Positions 18,012 to 27,731 of a stretch of DNA of 62,256 nt are shown here, in pieces; the stretch's first letter is position 1, and each line of letters begins with the position of its first letter. The translations under genes and the position numbers were made by a program. Where the stretch lies: the NCBI GenBank assembly GCA_034430415.1, contig DAOUEN010000118.1, positions 1 through 62,256 of the forward strand, in the 5' to 3' direction. The notes beneath the pieces are model-generated. The model had not been told where the DNA came from. It saw only the letters and a program-made list of their open reading frames with translations, and did no database searches. This DNA is from Dehalococcoidia bacterium (GTDB lineage: Bacteria; Chloroflexota; Dehalococcoidia; GIF9; AB-539-J10).

Positions 18012-20216
18012 TTGAGCATATCGAAAGAGAGTCTGGATGAAGTTGCCCTGAGCGAGGCAGAGTTTGACCTCATCGTGTTGAAGCTGGAGCGAGAACCTAC
18101 CGAAGTGGAATTGGGTATGTTCGGCTCTCTATGGAGCGAACATTGTGGCTACAAGCACTCCAAGCACTTGCTCAAGCTCTTGCCGTCCAAGGGGAAGCGT
18201 GTTGTAGTTGGTCCCGGAGGGGAAAACGCTGGGGCGGTTGACATTGGTGATGGGCAGGTGGCGGTGGTCAAGATGGAATCCCATAATCATCCTTCGGCTA
18301 TCGAACCGTATCACGGAGCTGCCACGGCGGTTGGTGGCGTTATTCGTGACATCTTCACTATGGGTGCCAGACCTGTAGCCTTGCTTAGCTCCCTTCGGTT
18401 CGGGCCCTTGGCCGAGCCACGCAACCGCTATCTGCTTCGCGAGGTTGCCAAGGGTATAGCTGACTACGGAAATGGCGTGGACATCCCCGGCGTGGGTGGA
18501 GAGGTGTTCTTTGCAGATTGCTACTCGGGTAATCCGCTGGTTAACGGTCTGTGTCTGGGGATTGCGGGCAAGGACAAGATGATCAGAGCGAGGGCTAGTG
18601 GTGTGGGCAATGTCCTTATGCTGGTGGGAGCCGCAACCGGCCGTGACGGTATTCATGGTGCCTCTGGGCTAGCGTCTCGTGACTTCGGAGATGAGAAAGA
18701 AGTCAAATCGGTGATTCCGGTGGGTGACCCATCTTTAGAGAAGCGGCTCATTGAGGCATGTCTCGGACTGGCTGGGACTGATTGGATTGTGGGTATGCAA
18801 GACCTGGGGGCTGCTGGCCTGACCAGTTCTGCTGTGGAGACTGCTGCCAAAGGTGGGGGAGGCGTTGAGCTGGACGTGCTCAAGGTGCCTCGATGTGAGG
18901 ACAACATGAGCCCGTACGAAGTGATGCTGTCCGAGTCGCAGGAAAGAATGCTGGTGATTGTGAAGAAGGGGTGTGAGGAGAGAGTAAAGAGCCTGTGTGA
19001 ATCGTGGGGTGTTGCGTGCCATGTTGTCGGGAAAGTTACCGACACGGGGTTAGCGGTGATCAGGGAGGGCGATACTGTGGTTGCCCAGGCTCCGGTGGAC
19101 CTGTTAGTTTCGCCGCCTTTGTATAGACGGCGGAGCAAGAAACCGAATTGGCTAGAGGAACTCGAGGCTTTCGATGTTGAGGCTCTCCCTGATATCAGGC
19201 CAAGGAAATGCAACTCCGTGCTTCTCCGCTTGCTCGCTTCTCCCAATATTGCCAGTAAGGAGTACATATTTGGCCAGTGTGACAAACGCTTGATGGCTGA
19301 CTGTGTGCTTCCTCAAGGAAATGATGCCGCCGTCCTACGTGTCAAGGGCACGCAGAAGGGCATTTCTCTGGCCGCTGATGGAAATGGACGGTACTGCTAT
19401 CTTGACCCGTATGTGGGTGCTGCCATCGCGGTGGCGGAAGCGGCTCGCAATGTAGTCTGTAGCGGGGCTGAACCGCTGGCCCTAACTGATTGTCTGAATT
19501 TCGGTGATCCAGAGAAAGGCGATGCATACTATCAACTGAAACGTGGCATCGAAGGAATAGCACGAGCTTGCAGGGGGCTAAGGATCCCGGTTATCAGCGG
19601 GAATGTCAGCCTTTACAATGAGACTGGAGGTCGGGCGATCTATCCCACCCCGGTGATCGGAATGGTGGGGTTACTCAGCGATATTGACAGGCACTCCACG
19701 AGCTCTTTCAAGAATGAGGGAGATCTGGTCTTCCTGTTGGGTGGAGGGGTAGGCAGCGGTCTTGGCGGCAGCGAGTATCTGGAACTGGTGCACAGTTTGG
19801 TGGTTGGGCAACCTGAGATTGACTTGGACTTGGAGAGGAGAGTGCAGCGTTGCTGCTTGGATGCGATAGAGATGAGTATTGTCAAATCGGCTCACGACTG
19901 CTCTGGCGGTGGCCTTGCTGTAGCCATCGCAGTTGGCTGTATCGCTGGAGACATCGGTTTCAGAGGGAGGAACTGGAAGATAAGGGGAAGGCTGGATGCA
20001 GCTTTGTTTGGCGAAATTCAGTCGCGGATTGTTGTGTCTGTGCAGGCGGAGTCGGTGAGAAAGCTGGAGAGGTTGGCGGCGAGGTGGAAAGTGACGTTTG
20101 GCTTGCTTGGGACGGTCGGGGGTAGGCGACTGATGGTGGAGGACTACATCGACTTGCCTTTGGCCAAGATGAGCAAGGCCTGGCGGAGTGGCTTGGGACA
20201 TTTGTTGGAGACGTAG
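18012..20216 (+). CDS. purL: phosphoribosylformylglycinamidine synthase subunit PurL
   Basis: 734 aa with ESHNHPSAIEPYHGAATAVGGVIRD. TAAGGAGGGTGG lies before the TTG start. Confidence 0.92.
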   Translation: MSISKESLDEVALSEAEFDLIVLKLEREPTEVELGMFGSLWSEHCGYKHSKHLLKLLPSKGKRVVVGPGGENAGAVDIGDGQVAVVKMESHNHPSAIEPYHGAATAVGGVIRDIFTMGARPVALLSSLRFGPLAEPRNRYLLREVAKGIADYGNGVDIPGVGGEVFFADCYSGNPLVNGLCLGIAGKDKMIRARASGVGNVLMLVGAATGRDGIHGASGLASRDFGDEKEVKSVIPVGDPSLEKRLIEACLGLAGTDWIVGMQDLGAAGLTSSAVETAAKGGGGVELDVLKVPRCEDNMSPYEVMLSESQERMLVIVKKGCEERVKSLCESWGVACHVVGKVTDTGLAVIREGDTVVAQAPVDLLVSPPLYRRRSKKPNWLEELEAFDVEALPDIRPRKCNSVLLRLLASPNIASKEYIFGQCDKRLMADCVLPQGNDAAVLRVKGTQKGISLAADGNGRYCYLDPYVGAAIAVAEAARNVVCSGAEPLALTDCLNFGDPEKGDAYYQLKRGIEGIARACRGLRIPVISGNVSLYNETGGRAIYPTPVIGMVGLLSDIDRHSTSSFKNEGDLVFLLGGGVGSGLGGSEYLELVHSLVVGQPEIDLDLERRVQRCCLDAIEMSIVKSAHDCSGGGLAVAIAVGCIAGDIGFRGRNWKIRGRLDAALFGEIQSRIVVSVQAESVRKLERLAARWKVTFGLLGTVGGRRLMVEDYIDLPLAKMSKAWRSGLGHLLET

Positions 20217-20231
20217 GGAGAGCCTGGGGAG

Positions 20232-21542
20232 ATGGCTGAGATTCGCCCGTTTCGCGGCATTCGCTATGACCAAGGGGTAGTTGGTGACTTATCTCAGGTC
20301 ATTTGCCCTCCGTATGACATTATCACTGATGAGCAGCAAAGGATCTACCAAGACAGGAGCGACTACAACGCCATCCTTCTGGAGCGACCTCTACCGGTCG
20401 TTGAAGAGTCGGGCCTAGAACATCACGAGGGATATGGCAGGGCGGCTGCTGTCTTTCAGCAGTGGCTTAGCGAAGGCGTTCTTCGGGTTGATGATTGCCC
20501 GGCTTTCTATCTCCACGACCACTACTTTGCCTATCAAGGACGAAGAACGAAGCGGCGTGAGTTGATAGCTTGTGTCAGGTTGCGACCGTGGTATAACGGA
20601 ATATATCCTCATGAGGAAACGACGTTGAAGGCCAAGCATGATCGTCTGGAACTGATGCGAGCCTGCCGGGCTAGCTTCAGCCCCATATTTGCGCTTTATC
20701 AGGATTCGGAGGCAGAGGTTGCTGAGGTACTGTGTGAGGCCTCAGGGGATGCGCCCGTTGTTGAGTTCGGCGACTTCCACGAAGGCCACGTTGTCTGGGC
20801 AATAACGGAGCCTGAACTGATACGCCGAATCAAAGAGCTCATGGTTTCCCGGTCTCTCTATGTTGCCGACGGTCATCATCGCTATGAGACTGCGCTGCGG
20901 TACCAGCAAGAGCAAGGGCGCCTGTACCCTGAACTCGCCCACGCATCAGGGCAAGGAGCCTTCAATTACGCAATGATGACATTGGTTGATTTCTCCGATG
21001 GGGGCCTAGTTATCTTGCCTGTTTGCAGGTCGGTGCGTGGGGTGTCGGAGTCCGCCATGGTTGGACTGGAAAGCCGCTTGAGAGATTATTTCGCTTTGGA
21101 ATGCGTCTCACTGGGAGAAAGCCCGGTTCAAGGTCTAGGAGAGGAAGTGCTTAACGGAGCTCTTATAGGAGTCCTAGGATTGAGCCCTCACTGCTTGCTC
21201 TTGCTCAAGCCACGTGAGGACGTGTCCACAGAGAACATGATGCCTCGAGATCGTTCTCAGGCCTACAGGGGCTTCAGCGTGAGCCTCCTCAACCACCTGC
21301 TTCTGGATAGGACGTTGGGGATTCCACACAATAGCGACAACATCACCTATTCCGCCGACGTGAATGAGGTCTACCGGCAGGTGAACGAAGGGCGATATCA
21401 ACTGGCCTTCCTGCCGAGCCCTCCTCAGATGGAAATGGTGCGGGCTGTGGCTGACGCCAAAGACAGGATGCCGCACAAGTCGACCTATTTCTGGCCCAAA
21501 GCCCCGGCTGGCCTGATTATCAGTTCACTCGACTGGCTATAG
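20232..21542 (+). CDS. DUF1015 domain-containing protein
   Basis: 436 aa with an N-terminal RPFRGIRYD and the ADGHHRYETAL motif. Confidence 0.8.
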   Translation: MAEIRPFRGIRYDQGVVGDLSQVICPPYDIITDEQQRIYQDRSDYNAILLERPLPVVEESGLEHHEGYGRAAAVFQQWLSEGVLRVDDCPAFYLHDHYFAYQGRRTKRRELIACVRLRPWYNGIYPHEETTLKAKHDRLELMRACRASFSPIFALYQDSEAEVAEVLCEASGDAPVVEFGDFHEGHVVWAITEPELIRRIKELMVSRSLYVADGHHRYETALRYQQEQGRLYPELAHASGQGAFNYAMMTLVDFSDGGLVILPVCRSVRGVSESAMVGLESRLRDYFALECVSLGESPVQGLGEEVLNGALIGVLGLSPHCLLLLKPREDVSTENMMPRDRSQAYRGFSVSLLNHLLLDRTLGIPHNSDNITYSADVNEVYRQVNEGRYQLAFLPSPPQMEMVRAVADAKDRMPHKSTYFWPKAPAGLIISSLDWL

Positions 21543-23099
21543 CTTCAATGCCCTGGCAGTGTGGATTCCAGGGATAGCCAGTATCTCCTGTATTTGCTGC
21601 TCGCCGATTGGCTCGTCGAGGGCCAGAAGCATAACTGCTTGTCCCCGGGGCTGAAGACGGCTCACGTACATGGAACTGATGTTGATGTTGGCTCTGCCAG
21701 TAATGTTGCCAATAGTCCCCACCATGCCAGGCTGGTCCAGGTGCGTGCAGAGAAGGAAATGCCCGCCAGTCGGCACGATATCCATCCAGAAGTCATTGAC
21801 CTGGACAACGTGGACTTCGTTGTCCCTCACTGTACTCGATACAGTGGTAGGTCCTTTGTCGGTGTCGATTCTGAGTGTGAGCAGGTTAGAGTAGTTCTGG
21901 GAGTCTAGCTCTGTCTCCTCGCTGATCTTCAAACCCCGCTGCTTGGCAACGAAATTGACATTCACTAGGTTTACTGTCTCCTCGCTGGTTTCCTGCAATA
22001 GGGCGCTGACGATGGCTGCCTTGAATGGGCTGCAATCGTGGTTGGCGAGTTCGCCAGCGTACTTGATATGTATTTCGCTGATTTGACCCTCCATCAACTG
22101 GCTGGCAAAGCTGCCAACAGTTGATGCAGCTCTTATGGATGGCATCAGTTCGGAGGAAACGTAGGGGGCGTTGACGGCATACTTGCTGAACTGACCTTTG
22201 AGCACTGTCAAGACTTGCTCGGCGATATCTCTGGATACGTTGATCTGAGCTTCGAAAGTCGAAGCACCAAGGTGAGGTGTAGTGACGATCTTGTCGCTCT
22301 CGAACAGAGGGCTAGCGGTGACGGGTTCGGCGCTGAAGACATCAAGAGCGGCACCGGCCATTCTCCCGGCCTTAACCGCCTCGGCCAGTGCGTCTTCATC
22401 GACCAGTCCACCTCGAGCGCAATTGATGATCAACGCTGTCGGTTTGATCTTCGCTAGCTCCCTGGCTCCGATCAGGCTTCTTGTGGCTGACGTCAATGGC
22501 ACGTGAAGGGTGATAACATCTGCCTGTTCAAACAGTCCGTCTAGAGAAACTAGGTCTACTTTGTGCGTCTGAGCATAGTCAAGTGAGACAAACGGATCGT
22601 AGGCTATGACACGCATCTCAAATGCCTGGGCACGCTTGGCCACCTCCGACCCTACGTTGCCCAGGCCAATGATGCCAAGCGTCTTGTTTCTGAGTTCGAC
22701 CCCAATCAGTTTTCCCCTTTGCCAGACACCTGACTTCAGCTGGCTGTTGGCTTGGGGTATGTTGCGTGCCAGCGCCAGCATAAGGGCCATAGCATGTTCT
22801 GCGGCGGAAACAGTGTTGCCCGTGGGAGCATTGACCACGACGATGCCCTGCCTGGTGGCGGCGCCAACATCGATGTTGTCTATCCCCACTCCTGCCCTAC
22901 CTATTACCTTGAGTTTCCTGCCGGCTTCAACTATTTCGGCGGGAACCTGAGTCTGACTACGCACGATCAAAGCATCATAGTCGCCCACTATAGCCTTGAG
23001 CTCTTCAGGTTTAAGCTTGGCCTTGACGTCGACGTTGGCCTGCTCACGAAGGATTTTCAATCCTTCTTCGGCGATAGGGTCAGCCACCAGAATCTTCAT
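21537..23099 (-). CDS. serA: D-3-phosphoglycerate dehydrogenase
   Basis: 520 aa with the NAD site GIIGLGNVGSEVAKRA, CARGGLVDE and a C-terminal ACT-like domain. Confidence 0.9.
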   Translation of the reverse strand: MKILVADPIAEEGLKILREQANVDVKAKLKPEELKAIVGDYDALIVRSQTQVPAEIVEAGRKLKVIGRAGVGIDNIDVGAATRQGIVVVNAPTGNTVSAAEHAMALMLALARNIPQANSQLKSGVWQRGKLIGVELRNKTLGIIGLGNVGSEVAKRAQAFEMRVIAYDPFVSLDYAQTHKVDLVSLDGLFEQADVITLHVPLTSATRSLIGARELAKIKPTALIINCARGGLVDEDALAEAVKAGRMAGAALDVFSAEPVTASPLFESDKIVTTPHLGASTFEAQINVSRDIAEQVLTVLKGQFSKYAVNAPYVSSELMPSIRAASTVGSFASQLMEGQISEIHIKYAGELANHDCSPFKAAIVSALLQETSEETVNLVNVNFVAKQRGLKISEETELDSQNYSNLLTLRIDTDKGPTTVSSTVRDNEVHVVQVNDFWMDIVPTGGHFLLCTHLDQPGMVGTIGNITGRANINISSMYVSRLQPRGQAVMLLALDEPIGEQQIQEILAIPGIHTARALKL

Positions 23100-23108
23100 C
23101 TTCTTAAG

Positions 23109-24188
23109 TTAAGACCTCGCTTTTGGCAGGGCTTGGGCTAATGCCTCCAGGACCGCCCTGATGTCAGCCTCATAGACGAAGCCGAGGTGACCGATGCGGA
23201 AAATCTTGCCCGATAGCTTCTTCTGTCCTCCAGCAACATCGATAGCATGTTCATTCTTGAGAATCTGGACTAGCCTCGGAATGCTAATTCTATCACTGGC
23301 CTTCACCGCTGTCACGGTATTTGAGGCGTGGCTAGCTTTGGCGAAAAGGGACAATCCCAAGGCCTCTACTCCCTCCCTGGCCATTTGACCTACTCTGGCG
23401 TGACGGGCAAACACGGCAGGCAGTCCCTCTTCCAGTATAAGGTCTAGAGTGGTGTCCAAGGCAAAACAGAGGGAGACAGCTGGAGTCCACGGAGTCTGTC
23501 CCTTTTGCAGATAGTCCCAGGCCTTGGTGAAATCCCAGTAGAAACGCGGCATTTTCGCCTGAGCCTGGGCTTGCCATGCTTTCTGGCTTACGCTAACCAT
23601 GGTAAGGCCTGGAGGAATCATCCATCCCTTCTGCGAACCACTGATAACCACATCGCACTGCCAGGCATCCACAGGTAGGTCAATGGAGCTGAGACTGCTT
23701 ACGGCATCCACTATGAGAAGCTTGTCGAAACTCCTTACCACCGAGCTTATTTGTTCGAGGTCGTTGGTGACACCAGTGGATGTCTCGTTGTGAGTTACCA
23801 GGACTGCCTTAATACCAGAGTCTGTGGACAGTGCCCTCTTCACTGCGTCGGGGTCGATAGGCTGTCCCCATTCGAAGGTGAGGCGTTTCACTAGTGCGCC
23901 GTACTGTTCGGCTATATCGGCAAAGCGGTCGCCAAAGACGCCATTCGAGGCAGATAGGACCCTGTCGCTAGGCGACAGGGTATTGACAATCGCTGCCTCC
24001 AAGCCGCCGGTGCCCGAAGCTGTGAGGACAAGGACGTCTCCCTTGGTCTGGAATACCCGTTGCAGCTTGGCAGTTATTGAGGTGAGGATTTGGTCAAACT
24101 CCTTGCCTCTGTGAGGTATCATCTGTCTGCCCATAGCTTCGAGAGCTTGTGGCGGGCAGGGGGTTGGTCCGGGGATCCGCAGTTGCAT
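23109..24188 (-). CDS. class V aminotransferase (serine-pyruvate / alanine-glyoxylate family; probable phosphoserine aminotransferase role)
   Basis: 359 aa with an N-terminal IPGPTP and the PLP lysine in SGSQKGWMIPPG. It lies immediately upstream of serA. Confidence 0.8.
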   Translation of the reverse strand: MQLRIPGPTPCPPQALEAMGRQMIPHRGKEFDQILTSITAKLQRVFQTKGDVLVLTASGTGGLEAAIVNTLSPSDRVLSASNGVFGDRFADIAEQYGALVKRLTFEWGQPIDPDAVKRALSTDSGIKAVLVTHNETSTGVTNDLEQISSVVRSFDKLLIVDAVSSLSSIDLPVDAWQCDVVISGSQKGWMIPPGLTMVSVSQKAWQAQAQAKMPRFYWDFTKAWDYLQKGQTPWTPAVSLCFALDTTLDLILEEGLPAVFARHARVGQMAREGVEALGLSLFAKASHASNTVTAVKASDRISIPRLVQILKNEHAIDVAGGQKKLSGKIFRIGHLGFVYEADIRAVLEALAQALPKARS

Positions 24189-24323
24189 ATCGATTACCTC
24201 CGGTTCGACTCCGCTGTCAGTTCTGGCGTGGAGGAGACTGTCGGACTCCCTAGACGCTTCCGCTCAGTCTGGGTGACGTGAGAGAATGCGGTCACCTCGC
24301 TTGAAATGACATCGGGGCGCAGC

Positions 24324-25532
24324 TTATTTGATTGCTATTCTGACGAAATGGCGCTTGCCCACTTTGAGGACGCTGCCATCGCGTGCATTGATGGCGCTGG
24401 TGTTTACCTTCTTCCCATCCAGTTCCACTGCTCCCTGCGCCAACAGGCGCTTCAGTTCACTATTGCTTTGCACTATGCCCTCTCGTAGCAGAGTTGGAGC
24501 GACATCGAGCTGGTACAAACCGTCCTGAACTGAGCTAGCGGCAAAGCCATATTCAGGGATATCCTCGGGCAGTTCCCGCTTCTGAAACACTCTGGTGAAG
24601 TTCTCTTCTGCCTTATCCGCATCCTGCTTTCCATGGAACTGCGCAATGATCTCACGGGCTAGCCGTTTCTTGAGGTCCATGGGATTAACCGTTTGAGCAT
24701 TCAATTGCTCTCTGAACTGAGCGATTTCTTCGTCAGGCACGTCGGTGGCCAGCTCAAAATACTCGATCAGGAGCGAATCAGGAAGAGACATCACCTTGCC
24801 ATACATCTCCTTCGGGGGCTCAGCAATGCCTATGTAGTTGCCCAAGCTCTTGCTCATTTTCTGGGTGCCGTCGGTGCCGGCGAGAATGGGGGTGAAGAAA
24901 ACGTGCTGCGGTGTCTGGCCCATGATCTGCTGCAACTCTCTCCCCAGGAGACAGTTGAATTTCTGATCGGTGCCTCCAAATTCGACACTGGCTTCAATGG
25001 CCACGGAATCGTAGGCTTGAAGTAGCGGATAGAGCATCTCGGCTAGCGAGATGGGGTTGCCGGAGCCGTATCGGTTGCTGAAATCCTCCCTGGCCAGTAT
25101 CTGGGCCACAGTGAACTTGCTCATAAGCCTGATGACAGTATCCAGGGTGAATTTGTCGAACCACTCACTTTGCCACCTTATTTCTGTCCTGTCTCTATCG
25201 ACTACCTTGAAAAACTGCTCCATATACGTCTGGGCGTTGGCCTCTATTTCGCTTTCGGAGAGCATGGGGCGAGTGGCTGACTGACCGCTGGGGTCTCCGA
25301 TACGTGCTGTCCAGTCTCCAACGATGAGAATGACCTTATGTCCGAGTTCTTGGAGCTGGCGCAGTTTCCTCAGGCCAACTGCATGTCCCAAATGAATATC
25401 AGGTGCACTGGGGTCGAAGCCTTCCTTCAGTCTTAGGCTCCTTCCCGATTTCAGGAGCTGTATGAATTCCTGTTCAACAATGATTTCAGCTACTCCTCGG
25501 CTGAGAAGATTGCTATGTTCGATGTCGGTCAT
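24324..25532 (-). CDS. tyrS: tyrosine--tRNA ligase
   Basis: HIGH-type motif PDIHLGHAVG, KMSKS motif KMSKSLGN and a C-terminal S4-like domain. Confidence 0.9.
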   Translation of the reverse strand: MTDIEHSNLLSRGVAEIIVEQEFIQLLKSGRSLRLKEGFDPSAPDIHLGHAVGLRKLRQLQELGHKVILIVGDWTARIGDPSGQSATRPMLSESEIEANAQTYMEQFFKVVDRDRTEIRWQSEWFDKFTLDTVIRLMSKFTVAQILAREDFSNRYGSGNPISLAEMLYPLLQAYDSVAIEASVEFGGTDQKFNCLLGRELQQIMGQTPQHVFFTPILAGTDGTQKMSKSLGNYIGIAEPPKEMYGKVMSLPDSLLIEYFELATDVPDEEIAQFREQLNAQTVNPMDLKKRLAREIIAQFHGKQDADKAEENFTRVFQKRELPEDIPEYGFAASSVQDGLYQLDVAPTLLREGIVQSNSELKRLLAQGAVELDGKKVNTSAINARDGSVLKVGKRHFVRIAIK

Positions 25533-26530
25533 TTCAACTCGCCAGCTAATGCTTTCGCGGCCTCAATGTCTTTGCTTATCTGCTCTTTCAGTTCCTGCGA
25601 GGAGGCGAATCTCTTCTCGTCCCTCAGCCTCTGCACAAAGCTTACCTTGAGCTCCTTGCCATATAGATCGCCGCCATAGTCCAAAAGATGGGTTTCAATA
25701 GTCTTCTGGCTGTCCCCAAAGGTGGGTCGAGTGCCAATGTTGGTTACCGAGAGAAGGCGCTCGCCGCCTATCTGTGCGATGGTAGCATAAACGCCGTTGA
25801 CGGGCAACGCTTGCTCCGTCCCAACATCCAGGTTCGCAGTGGGGAAACCCAGAAGGCGGCCCCGTCTACTACTTGAGACGACTCGGCCGCCAACCGTGAA
25901 GTAGCGCCCGATAAGTCTCCTTACCTTCTTTGTATCTCCCTGAGCCAGGGCTCGCCGGATAGCAGTGCTGCTCACCATTTCACCGTTGACTGAGAAAGGA
26001 GTGACGATCTCCAGGCTGAACGCCAGTTCCTGTCCTAGTGAGCGGAGAAAGTCAGTGTCCCCCTCTCCCCCTTTCCCCAAGGCGAAATCGGGGCCAATCA
26101 TCAGCCCTTGCATCTTCAGGTGTTTCTTGAGCAACCAGACGAAGTCCCGGGCACCAAGCTGGGCAAGCTGTGGAGTGAAAGACAAGACGGCAATGATACT
26201 TAAGCCCAGATCCCTGAGGGATTTGATCCTGGTACTCAAGTCGCACAACATGGGTGGGCTACTGCTCGGGTTCAACACCGCTTGTGGATGAGGGGCGAAG
26301 GTGACTACCCCGCTGAGTGCTGCCTCTTCCTTGGCTCGCTGGATTAGCCTCTCCAGGAGGTAGCGGTGTCCTGTGTGGACCCCATCAAACACGCCGATGG
26401 TGAGGATGGTATGTCTCTGGGGAGCTATGTTGGCTAGTTCCTGCTCGACACTCATCGAATCTGGGGGTTGACTTCTGCTCTGGAGGCTGTTTGTTCTCCT
26501 GCCTCCGGCTCGGACTGTGGTAACCGACAC
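25529..26530 (-). CDS. ribF: bifunctional riboflavin kinase / FMN adenylyltransferase
   Basis: Contains IGVFDGVHTGHRYLL and a C-terminal riboflavin kinase region (GFPTANL). The start is uncertain (GTG 26530 or ATG 26455). The gene overlaps tyrS by 4 nt. Confidence 0.88.
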   Translation of the reverse strand: MSVTTVRAGGRRTNSLQSRSQPPDSMSVEQELANIAPQRHTILTIGVFDGVHTGHRYLLERLIQRAKEEAALSGVVTFAPHPQAVLNPSSSPPMLCDLSTRIKSLRDLGLSIIAVLSFTPQLAQLGARDFVWLLKKHLKMQGLMIGPDFALGKGGEGDTDFLRSLGQELAFSLEIVTPFSVNGEMVSSTAIRRALAQGDTKKVRRLIGRYFTVGGRVVSSSRRGRLLGFPTANLDVGTEQALPVNGVYATIAQIGGERLLSVTNIGTRPTFGDSQKTIETHLLDYGGDLYGKELKVSFVQRLRDEKRFASSQELKEQISKDIEAAKALAGELK

Positions 26531-26574
26531 AGACAGGGGTTCAAGCTGATAGCCTAGTATATTTGCTGGGCTGC

Positions 26575-26603
26575 GTCAAGAACGGTCGGGTTCTTGCTAT
26601 AAT
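26575..26603 (+). promoter_or_regulatory. putative extended -10 promoter
   Basis: TGCTATAAT at 26595-26603 with a weak -35 (GTCAAG) 17 nt upstream, about 85 nt before the 26690 ORF. Confidence 0.4.
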
Positions 26604-26689
26604 CAGGTGGTTCGCGGATGTGACCGTATTGAGTGAGGAACTGCGGCAAGGAGAGATGACACCAGGAAAGCGAGGTCGCTAGGCCACAT

Positions 26690-27346
26690 ATGTGGAGTAT
26701 TGCCGTCCTGGAGCGGAGAGTTGCCTGCGAGCGGGTATTTCGAAGGTACTTTCCCCTGTTTCTGTTGCTTTGGATTCTCTTCGTTCTGTATCCAAACCCG
26801 CTAAGCTTAGTCATTAGTGCTTGCAGGCTTTTTGACCCTGACGTGGATCCCGCTGCTGTTGAGCCGTTGGTGGGGGATCTTCCTTCTGCCCCCGCGGCCA
26901 TAGAGAAAGCGGTTCTGGAGAGAATACCCTATAGCTACGACTGGGAACTTCACGATATGCCGTGGTATTTCCCGACCACCAAAACAGTAGTGGAGAAGAG
27001 AAGGGGTGACTGCAAAGCCAGAGCTATAGTTCTGGCCTCCATCTTCGAGAACAAACACATACCGTATCGCATCAACAGTTCGCCCATTCATGTGTGGGTG
27101 GAGTACGAAGATAAGGAGGAGACTCCGTTTGAGAACCCGAAGGTGAAGTTCTACCAGCAGGATCCTGAGACTGGAGAGAGATTATTCCAGATCCCCGATA
27201 TTGACGTGGCAGAGGTGCTGGAGTCCTTTCATCGTGGGTTCTGGGTCGCCATGCCTGGCAGCAGAAAAGCTCTTCTACTCTCGGGTGTATGCATTTTGGT
27301 GCTTCTTAGGGTGATTTTGCTTAAAAAACCTGCCACAGGGTCTTGA
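26690..27346 (+). CDS. transglutaminase-like (cysteine protease fold) membrane-anchored protein
   Basis: Has N- and C-terminal hydrophobic helices. RRGDCKARAIVLASIF ... HVWVEY resembles the Cys/His core of the transglutaminase-like superfamily. Confidence 0.55.
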   Translation: MWSIAVLERRVACERVFRRYFPLFLLLWILFVLYPNPLSLVISACRLFDPDVDPAAVEPLVGDLPSAPAAIEKAVLERIPYSYDWELHDMPWYFPTTKTVVEKRRGDCKARAIVLASIFENKHIPYRINSSPIHVWVEYEDKEETPFENPKVKFYQQDPETGERLFQIPDIDVAEVLESFHRGFWVAMPGSRKALLLSGVCILVLLRVILLKKPATGS

Positions 27347-27371
27347 CAAGCTTGAGGTCTTCCAGTAAGAA
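27343..27371 (+). promoter_or_regulatory. putative promoter of the DUF5679 mini-gene
   Basis: TTGACA (27343-27348), 17 nt spacer, TAAGAA (27366-27371). It overlaps the stop codon of the upstream gene. Confidence 0.5.
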
Positions 27372-27407
27372 TAGTGTAGGGCCAAAGTCAGGAGAAAGGA
27401 GGGTACT

Positions 27408-27551
27408 ATGGCAACAGCGTATTGTATGAAGTGCAGGAAGAAAGTCGACATCAGGAATCCGAGACAGATCACACTCAAGAATGGCAGACCGGCTACGGAG
27501 GGTGTCTGCCCCAGCTGTGGGACGAAAGTATTCAGGATAGGAAAAGCCTAG
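27408..27551 (+). CDS. DUF5679-type small zinc-ribbon protein (47 aa)
   Basis: Not in the ORF track because it is under 60 aa. Translates MATAYCMKCRKKVDIRNPRQITLKNGRPATEGVCPSCGTKVFRIGKA, with CxxC...CxxC. GGAGAAAGGAGGG lies upstream. Confidence 0.75.
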   Translation: MATAYCMKCRKKVDIRNPRQITLKNGRPATEGVCPSCGTKVFRIGKA

Positions 27552-27689
27552 GCATTCATCAGCCGCTCGTTGTGGAGAGGCAGGGTATCGGCCCAGCCTT
27601 GCTAGTGTCGGTTGAATCAAGGAGGGTGGGGGTGGAGTTGGTCACGGTGGTTGGGACAGCGGCTGAGAAATCAAAGAGGGGAGATGGTT

Positions 27690-27731
27690 TCGCTCGCCTT
27701 CAGTAACAGAAGGCGAGCGATGTATTTATTT
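27690..27731 (+). terminator. intrinsic terminator (perfect 12-bp hairpin) shared by convergent genes
   Basis: TCGCTCGCCTTC (27690-27701), loop AGTAACA, GAAGGCGAGCGA (27709-27720), followed by TGTATTTATTT. The 3' arm encodes the last codons and stop of the minus-strand gene. Confidence 0.6.

Noticed and set aside
25533-25700. T-box leader upstream of tyrS.
   Set aside because: tyrS starts 4 nt inside the end of ribF, so there is no leader space. No specifier or T-box sequence was seen.
26554-26901. 115-aa minus-strand ORF spanning the ribF / transglutaminase-like divergent region.
   Set aside because: It overlaps the better-supported plus-strand membrane protein and the putative promoter. 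It has no motifs and no SD.
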